This document shows positions 15,859 to 21,895 of a stretch of 21,895 bases of DNA, one piece after another (positions within the stretch are counted from its first letter, which is position 1; the number at the start of each line of letters is the position of its first letter). The position numbers and the translations under genes were made by a program. The notes under the pieces were generated by a model that made no database searches, was not told where the DNA came from, and saw nothing but the letters and a program-made list of their open reading frames with translations. The stretch is from positions 1 through 21,895 of the forward strand of contig SDNP01000040.1 of the NCBI GenBank assembly GCA_004524445.1, given 5' to 3'. The DNA is from Candidatus Thorarchaeota archaeon (GTDB lineage Archaea > Asgardarchaeota > Thorarchaeia > Thorarchaeales > Thorarchaeaceae).

Positions 15859-17289
15859 TTGAGCCATCAAACCAGTAATAGAATATCTTCGTTAAGAAAT
15901 GTTGTTCCGTTTGCTTTGGCCTCTTTTATGGTCATTCTCATTCTTTCACTCACAATCAACTATAGCTATCTCCTTTTTCATTCGTTGGTGGAGATATACT
16001 CGATTATTATTGCTTTCAGCCTATTCATTATCATTTGGAACACGCAGAATCTTTCGGAGAATAACATATTTCAGCTCCTAGGCATTGCGTACTTCTTCGT
16101 TGCAGTAGTGGACTTACTACACACTCTATCTTACTCAGGCATGGGCGTATTTCCAGGATTTGGAGCTGATTTGCCTACTCAACTTTGGGTTATTGGAAGA
16201 TATCTTGAATCATTCTCACTCCTGACAATTCCTCTTTTGGCAAAGCGAGGTATTTCTCGAAATAGATACTTTTTGACCTATAGTTCAATTACTGCCCTCT
16301 TGCTGGTTTCGGTCTTCGCAGGCTTATTTCCACCTGCGTATGTAGAGGGTTCTGGATTGACGCTCTTCAAAATACTCAGCGAATTCGTTATAATCTTCAT
16401 TCTTGCCCTAGCCTCGTACGTTTACTCACGGGCAAATCATGCATTGCCAAAAGATGCAAAGATCTACCTCATTGCCGCGATATTTGTCACCATTGCGGCG
16501 GAAGCAGCATTCACACTTTATGTGGATGTGTATGGATTTGCAAATATGATCGGTCATTATCTCAAGCTATTGTCATTCTACCTAGTCTATGAAGGAACTG
16601 TAAGCTATGCTTTGACCAAGCCTGTATCCGCGCTTTTCAGTGACCTTAAGAATAGTGAGAGAAATCTCATAGAATCAAACGCGGCACTGAAATTCGCACT
16701 AGACGTACTTCAGCATGATGTAAGAAATTCCCTCCACATTGCAAGGAGCTATCTCGATCTGCGGGATGAAGAGTCGCTTGATGGTCAATTAGTTGAAGTT
16801 AGGAATTCCATTGAATATGCAATCAATACCATTGCTGACGCAAGTGAAATTGAGGAATTAGCACACTCAAGCAATATTAGGAACCCTATAGTTCTGTCGA
16901 AGATATTTGACTATCTACCGTTCAAGAGCAGACTGAATATGGAAGGTGATTGTTGTGCATATGCTGGTGCTGGGCTAGTTTCCGTGCTCTCAAATCTCAT
17001 TGACAATGCCATAAAACATGGTTCTGCTAACGAAATAACCCTTCAAGCTAAAGCGACCCCTGAAAAGTGTATAATCACAATTAAAGACAATGGCTCAGGA
17101 ATCCCAAAGAAATATCATGATAGAATATTTGAGGAGGGGTTCGCCGGTCCGGGTTCTCCCGGACGCGGACAGGGATTGTATATTGCCCGAGAGATTATCC
17201 AGCAGTATAGAGGAAGGATTGAACTTGTCGAGTCTGACAGTACCGGAACTACTTTCAGGATAGAGCTAGATAAAGCTGAAGGAGAGTGA
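15859..17289 (+). CDS. MASE3-domain membrane sensor histidine kinase
   Basis: MASE3 motifs YLLFHSLVE, D.LHTLSY.GMGVF and TQLW...RY.E. H-box QHDVRN, N-box NLIDNAIKHG, G1 DNGSGIP, F-box IFEEGF, G2 G.GQGLYIA. GGAGG lies 7 nt before TTG 15859 (alternative ATG 15832). Confidence 0.92.
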   Translation: MSHQTSNRISSLRNVVPFALASFMVILILSLTINYSYLLFHSLVEIYSIIIAFSLFIIIWNTQNLSENNIFQLLGIAYFFVAVVDLLHTLSYSGMGVFPGFGADLPTQLWVIGRYLESFSLLTIPLLAKRGISRNRYFLTYSSITALLLVSVFAGLFPPAYVEGSGLTLFKILSEFVIIFILALASYVYSRANHALPKDAKIYLIAAIFVTIAAEAAFTLYVDVYGFANMIGHYLKLLSFYLVYEGTVSYALTKPVSALFSDLKNSERNLIESNAALKFALDVLQHDVRNSLHIARSYLDLRDEESLDGQLVEVRNSIEYAINTIADASEIEELAHSSNIRNPIVLSKIFDYLPFKSRLNMEGDCCAYAGAGLVSVLSNLIDNAIKHGSANEITLQAKATPEKCIITIKDNGSGIPKKYHDRIFEEGFAGPGSPGRGQGLYIAREIIQQYRGRIELVESDSTGTTFRIELDKAEGE

Positions 17290-18278
17290 AGACAAGGATG
17301 AATGCATACTTTGTAATTGTTCTCTTAGGAGTAATTCTATTTTTCGTGGTCTGGATTCTGGGTTGGGTTTTGGAAAGGCTATCCCATATTACACTTGACA
17401 CGGCACGTGCTCCTGGCTCAAGAGCTTGGTATATGTTAGTTGGTCCAGGCGTCGCGTTACATGAGTCTGCTCATGCCCTTGGTTGTCTTTTCACTGGAAC
17501 GGAGATTGTTGAATTCAAACCGCTCCATGTCAAAACAGTTGGTGATGAGGTGGTCCTGGGATTTGTGAAATACAGAAATCCGTCAAGCGTTCTCAAAAGA
17601 ACAGTCATTAACCTCGCTCCCGTTGCCCTCTCTTTGGCCCTTTTGATACTCTTCGCTCTCGGAGTTACCTACCTCGTACCTGCAGCTACAGGAATTGGCG
17701 GTCAGGCGTTGCAGCTACTTGAAGATTTGATTTATTTGAAGAGCAATTCAGCAATTTTGAACGATCCAATATATCCAATTGTAGAGATCTCTGGGTTTGT
17801 GTATTCATTCTTCTATACTTTTGCAGGGCTAACTGTAATCCACCCCCTATTCTGGATGGTTGCGTTTTTGGCCATGACAATTATGTTTAGCAACGCTCCA
17901 TCGGATGTCGATGTCTCAAATGCATTACCAGGATTACGATTAATCTTGGTTTTTGATGCATTATGGTTGATTATTGCTTATATATATCCACAAGCTGGGT
18001 GGGTTTTATTCGGCTTGTTTGAGCTTCTAGCAGTCATGTACGCACTTGCTATCGCCCTCTCTATACTAGCATATGGGTTCTTCATCATGATTACTGGTAT
18101 GGCCAAACTAAAAACGCCCTTCAATCTTATTCCATTCATAGTTACTATTGTCAGCGGTTTTCTGCTGAATATCTCTGAAATCGGCACTCCTGCACTTCAA
18201 ACAGTGATTTCAGTAGGTATCTTTGTTCTGGTGTTAATTCCTCTTCTCTTCGTTAAAGAAATACGTGCGGTCCGGTAA
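17286..18278 (+). CDS. Integral-membrane HExxH metalloprotease-like protein (M50B/DUF3267-like)
   Basis: PGVALHESAHALGC, G.VKY, INLAP and APS..D motifs with many TMs. GTGA overlap with the kinase gene (alternative ATG 17298). Confidence 0.72.
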   Translation: MKTRMNAYFVIVLLGVILFFVVWILGWVLERLSHITLDTARAPGSRAWYMLVGPGVALHESAHALGCLFTGTEIVEFKPLHVKTVGDEVVLGFVKYRNPSSVLKRTVINLAPVALSLALLILFALGVTYLVPAATGIGGQALQLLEDLIYLKSNSAILNDPIYPIVEISGFVYSFFYTFAGLTVIHPLFWMVAFLAMTIMFSNAPSDVDVSNALPGLRLILVFDALWLIIAYIYPQAGWVLFGLFELLAVMYALAIALSILAYGFFIMITGMAKLKTPFNLIPFIVTIVSGFLLNISEIGTPALQTVISVGIFVLVLIPLLFVKEIRAVR

Positions 18279-18326
18279 TACTGAATCTCAAATAAGCATC
18301 TGTACTACGATACTCGGGTATAGATT

Positions 18327-18674
18327 ATGGTGAAGATAGATATGGTGAGACGGCCTTCTTTGATTAGCCCCCGTCATCTACTCAGGCACGTCTTTTTCAC
18401 AGAAATGCAGGTAGAACAGGCTGCGAAAATACTTAATGAGATCATGAAATCTAACGGGGTGGTTCCTGATTCTGAGTGGAAAAGGTTTGTTCTTTCTAGC
18501 AGAGGACTCTATGTCAAAGTCATCAGAAAACTAAGAGACGTGGGAATCGTTGAAAAACGGTTAGGGGAATACCACCTAGCACGTGATTTCTCTACAGCCT
18601 TGGATAAAATTGGTGACTACTGGACAGATATTCTTGAATCATATAGAAATGGCGATCGAACAATCAGTTTCTGA
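18327..18674 (+). CDS. Small winged-helix protein, unknown function
   Basis: SRGLYVKVIRKLRDVGIVEKRLGEYHL reads as a recognition helix plus wing, followed by a helix FSTALDKIGDYW. Alternative start ATG 18342. Confidence 0.68.
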   Translation: MVKIDMVRRPSLISPRHLLRHVFFTEMQVEQAAKILNEIMKSNGVVPDSEWKRFVLSSRGLYVKVIRKLRDVGIVEKRLGEYHLARDFSTALDKIGDYWTDILESYRNGDRTISF

Positions 18675-18684
18675 AGTTGGGACC

Positions 18685-20265
18685 TCAGTCTAGGTCAACT
18701 TCGCCTTCCTTGATTTCAGTCTTCTTGAGGGTGCTGATAGCCTTCTCCTCGGTAGTCTTGAGAACTCCAAGCTTTTCAAGCTCTCGGGCATGTTTGGCAG
18801 CCAATCCAGCAGGGATTCCAAGTGATTTTCCGAGTTCTTTGAAGGTGATTGTTCCAACTTCATCGACAAGAAGGAGTACCTTGGTATTCGCTTCTAGATT
18901 CAGCACCTTGATGTAGCGCGATGCACGCTCTCTGGCCAAATCTCGTTCTTCTAGTGCCATATCTCGCTCCTTCTCAAGAAGACGAGTCGCTTTTTCAAAG
19001 CCTTTCTTCTGCATCTCGAGAGATGTTGTCAGTTCTTTTTCTTCTTGTAGTTCGTTCTCAAGGTCATAGATTTTCTGTTCAAGATTCTTCACTTCATCTA
19101 TTCGATCCTGTACAGACTCAAGTTCTTCTAATCGCTTTGCTGCTAGTTCCTCTGCAGCGTCTTTCTCCTTGATAGCTTCATCAGCAGTTCGCTTCAGTTT
19201 CTTCAATTCAGAAGTTTTCTCATCCAAGTTCTTTCGCTTTTCATCCAACGCGTTCTCTAGAAGCTTAATTTTTGACTCTAATGATTGTATTTCAGCTTCA
19301 GAGGCCGCTGATGGCTCAACAGCTTTTTCGCTTGCCTCTCGGTATACATCAAGCTGAGTCTTAGTTTCTGCAATCTTAATATTGAGCTCCTCAATCACGT
19401 CCCGAGCTTCATCACGTTCCGCAATTAGATTCTCAATCCGTTCATCTTTCTGAAAAATCTGGCTCCTTAAATTAGAAATTTCATTCTCAAGTTCTGCTAT
19501 TCTTCGATTGAGTTCTTCAGTTTGTGCGTCAACTTTGCTTGCTGAATCCACCTGCTTTTCTAGAGACCTAACCTTCTTCTCCAACTTCGATAATTCTCTG
19601 TCTTTCTCGGCTAGTATTTCCTGTTGAGCAGTTGCTTCTTCCTCCAAACTCTCCATGAACGACCGGACAATATCCTGCTGTTCAACAATGGTACTCCGCA
19701 GGTCTATTTCTGACTCTCTGACTTTGGAGGCGAATTCTTTGAATCGTGACTGGGTTTGTTCCACAATTTTGTCCACTAATTCTTTTTCAAGAGCCGCAAA
19801 TTCACTATCTACAATCTCAACAAAAGTTGACTCAATAAAGCTCTTGAAAAATTGCATGCGCAACTTTTCTACCATCTCAGTTGATATACGGGACTTAAGT
19901 TCCACAACCTTGCCTCTGAATGACAGAAGCTGAGCTGCAAATACACCCACAACTCCACGCTGGAGAGACTGAATATCGCCTCGCAGCGTTTCAAGCTTAT
20001 TCAGAAGAGCATCAAAGCCTGCTACTGCACCTTCATCAGGCATTGTGTCTGCTCCAGTTACACCAGAGTCCAGTCCCTCAACAAAGTCAAGTGCATCGGC
20101 CGCTGCGCTAACCATCTCGTGCTCTGAGTCAACTGATACATCAGGCATACCCGGCTCGCTTTCGCCTAAGACCATCTTTCTAATCTCCGCGTCAGAGATA
20201 GATGCTTGTTTCAGGGCTTCTTGCAGACTTGCCTTTTCATCTTCGTTCAATTTCTCTTCAGACAT
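18685..20265 (-). CDS. Long coiled-coil protein with an acidic N-terminus and a C-terminal winged-helix domain
   Basis: 526 aa, E/K/L-rich heptads over roughly aa 200-455. The C-terminus KVLLLVDEVGTITFKELGKSLGIPAGLAAKHARELEKLGVL is HTH-like. No Walker motifs. Confidence 0.85.
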   Translation of the reverse strand: MSEEKLNEDEKASLQEALKQASISDAEIRKMVLGESEPGMPDVSVDSEHEMVSAAADALDFVEGLDSGVTGADTMPDEGAVAGFDALLNKLETLRGDIQSLQRGVVGVFAAQLLSFRGKVVELKSRISTEMVEKLRMQFFKSFIESTFVEIVDSEFAALEKELVDKIVEQTQSRFKEFASKVRESEIDLRSTIVEQQDIVRSFMESLEEEATAQQEILAEKDRELSKLEKKVRSLEKQVDSASKVDAQTEELNRRIAELENEISNLRSQIFQKDERIENLIAERDEARDVIEELNIKIAETKTQLDVYREASEKAVEPSAASEAEIQSLESKIKLLENALDEKRKNLDEKTSELKKLKRTADEAIKEKDAAEELAAKRLEELESVQDRIDEVKNLEQKIYDLENELQEEKELTTSLEMQKKGFEKATRLLEKERDMALEERDLARERASRYIKVLNLEANTKVLLLVDEVGTITFKELGKSLGIPAGLAAKHARELEKLGVLKTTEEKAISTLKKTEIKEGEVDLD

Positions 20266-20310
20266 TGAATTCCCTCAGGAGCAAACTAGAAAATACATTC
20301 GTCGCATTGG

Positions 20311-20324
20311 TATAAAGGTTTGCG
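20311..20324 (-). promoter_or_regulatory. Putative BRE-TATA promoter of the coiled-coil gene
   Basis: Minus strand reads CGCAAACC-TTTATA, about 45 nt upstream of ATG 20265. Confidence 0.5.
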
Positions 20325-20448
20325 AGATATAATATGTTTCAAATAAGACGAATAAGCTCGACCTACTTGAAACTTCTGTGTTCAACTACTCATGCAAAAT
20401 AGATTATACTGAGCTCCAGTGTTCAAGTATGAGGATTCGGGTTTCAAC

Positions 20449-20781
20449 CTAAAATTTTACCTCGAACAATTTGGCTTCACCGCTCCGAGTGATTAGATAG
20501 TGCTCTTCATTTGGCTCCAAGACAGCGAAATCCCCGGGCTGCAATTCAATTGTACTCACTCTATTAGTTAGCATTGCCTCGCCTGATATCAAATACATCA
20601 CTTGTCGCTCAGGATGTGCATGTACTCGTTCTGGAACCTCACTATTGGGGGCCACAACTCTAATGCCTATTGTTGGCGAATGACTAATGACATCAAATGC
20701 ATCTACATATCCAGTTAAACCACGAACCACCTTACCCTTGATATCTTTCTCATTTATCCTTCTCAGAACAATCATCTCCAT
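20449..20781 (-). CDS. Cupin_2 domain protein
   Basis: PERVHAHPERQVMYLISG and L.PGD..V..PNEEH cupin motifs. Confidence 0.88.
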   Translation of the reverse strand: MEMIVLRRINEKDIKGKVVRGLTGYVDAFDVISHSPTIGIRVVAPNSEVPERVHAHPERQVMYLISGEAMLTNRVSTIELQPGDFAVLEPNEEHYLITRSGEAKLFEVKF

Positions 20782-20847
20782 AAGGCTATGACAATGGAAG
20801 CTGCAGAACTCCTTAAGAGTAATTGTATTGGTTCTTCTTTACTGAAA

Positions 20848-21895
20848 ATGAAAGGGAAGAAAGCATTGAACAGGAAGAATGTGGGAGTCATCGGATTCAA
20901 TGCCCGACCAATAGCTTGTTCTTGTGCGAAAGCTGGTGCAGAAGTCTATGTTTCTGACTATTGGGGTGATTCTGATCTCAGCACCTGCTGTTCTGAATGG
21001 GTCTCGATACTCGCCTCAATCCCGGGCAAAAGGCAAAGAGAAGCCAGGAAAATTCAAGCTGATGAAAATTTGGTCAGCAACTTCTGTACTGCATTTCCTG
21101 ATATTGCTTTTGACCATATTTTGGTTGGTAGTGGATTTGATGGAAGGGCTCATGAATTACAGCCGATACTAAAGAAATGGGAGATATCGGGAAATTCCAT
21201 TGAGAGGATGCAACTCGCCAGGAATCTTTCAGTCATAGAAGAAATCCTAGAAGGCACGAACATTAGAGTGCCTCGATATGAGGTTGTAAATTCCTATACT
21301 GAATTTACCTCCGCAGTCTTAGAGGTGGGTTTACCTTGCGTTTTGAAGCCAGTGGCTTCAGGGGGCGGGTCAGGAATTCGTTTAATCCGAAGTGAAGCAG
21401 ATCTTATTGCGCATGAAGGTCGATTGAAGTCAACCCAGATGGAGGGTAAATTGGTTCAGGAATACGTGGCAGGATTCGATTCAAGTGTCAGTCTGATGTC
21501 TACGGGAGACCGTGCTGTCACGCTTTCAATTAACGGACAGCTCATAGGCATGCCCTCCACTGGTCGGAATTGTGATTTTGTCTACTGCGGGAATTACATT
21601 CCGTTCAAAACACCACATCATATGAGCAAAAGTATCAGAGAGGGTTCTGAAAAAATATGCAACGAGCTTGGATTGAGAGGGTCGAATGGGATTGATTATG
21701 TAGTTGATGAATCTGGCAATATCTGGTTGATGGAAATCAATCCCCGAATTCAAGGCACTCTGGAAATGTTGGAAGCAAGCTCGACAATTTCAGTTTCATC
21801 AATGCATCTGAAAGCTCTTGCTGGGCGCTTACCAGAAAAAATTCCGTCATTTCCCCCCACAGTGAAGATGATAGTTTATGCCCAAAGAAATGGAG
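20848..21895 (+). CDS. ATP-grasp ligase (COG2232/MJ0776-like), 3'-truncated; absent from the ORF track
   Basis: Translated by hand from ATG 20848: MKGKKALNRKNVGVIGFNARPIACS...VSDYWGDSDL...GSGFD...GNS...VLKPVASGGGSGI...VQEYVAG...YCGN...LGLRGSNGIDYV...MEINPRIQGT. The frame is open to the window end. Confidence 0.9.
   Translation, partial: MKGKKALNRKNVGVIGFNARPIACSCAKAGAEVYVSDYWGDSDLSTCCSEWVSILASIPGKRQREARKIQADENLVSNFCTAFPDIAFDHILVGSGFDGRAHELQPILKKWEISGNSIERMQLARNLSVIEEILEGTNIRVPRYEVVNSYTEFTSAVLEVGLPCVLKPVASGGGSGIRLIRSEADLIAHEGRLKSTQMEGKLVQEYVAGFDSSVSLMSTGDRAVTLSINGQLIGMPSTGRNCDFVYCGNYIPFKTPHHMSKSIREGSEKICNELGLRGSNGIDYVVDESGNIWLMEINPRIQGTLEMLEASSTISVSSMHLKALAGRLPEKIPSFPPTVKMIVYAQRNG

Noticed and set aside
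18685-20265. SMC/Rad50 or ESCRT-III assignment for the coiled-coil protein
   Set aside because: It has no ATPase motifs, hinge or CxxC hook, and its length and layout do not fit Snf7-domain proteins.
327-20332. Numerous 60-140 aa overlapping or antisense ORFs in the track
   Set aside because: They overlap well-supported genes and show no recognisable motifs.
20924-21753. ORF-track entries 20924-21172 (+) and 21526-21753 (-)
   Set aside because: Both are shadow ORFs inside the ATP-grasp gene.
1-21895. CRISPR arrays, tRNA/rRNA, IS elements, integrases, defence systems, selenocysteine or pyrrolysine readthrough
   Set aside because: Reading by eye, I saw no spaced direct repeats, cloverleaf motifs, transposase/nuclease motifs or interrupted conserved frames, and the intergenic gaps are short.

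Overview
This 21.9-kb window is gene-dense archaeal DNA, most likely from an Asgard archaeon (Thorarchaeia-like). That assignment is inferred from a profilin-like gene, a Sulfolobus-type geranylgeranyl reductase, TrmB, LipS2/LplAB, and archaeal TATA and GGAGG/GGTGA signals. In order, it encodes: a BMP-family nucleoside/purine ABC transporter (binding protein cut by the window edge, ATPase, two permeases); small membrane proteins; a divergent profilin-like protein; a wHTH regulator with a membrane partner; a membrane protein plus an acidic surface glycoprotein; an agmatinase-family enzyme; TrmB plus GGR; an M23-like metalloprotein; lipoate genes (LipS2, split LplA/LplB); an orphan MASE3 histidine kinase plus an HExxH membrane protease; a small wHTH protein; a long coiled-coil protein with a C-terminal wHTH; a cupin; and an ATP-grasp enzyme cut by the right edge. 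I saw no RNA genes, CRISPR arrays or mobile elements. The highlights are the divergent profilin, evidence for non-canonical ATC/ATT start codons at the window's usual SD spacing, an RBS-occluding hairpin before the kinase, and the coiled-coil/wHTH protein. All family calls come from motif recognition by eye; no searches were run.
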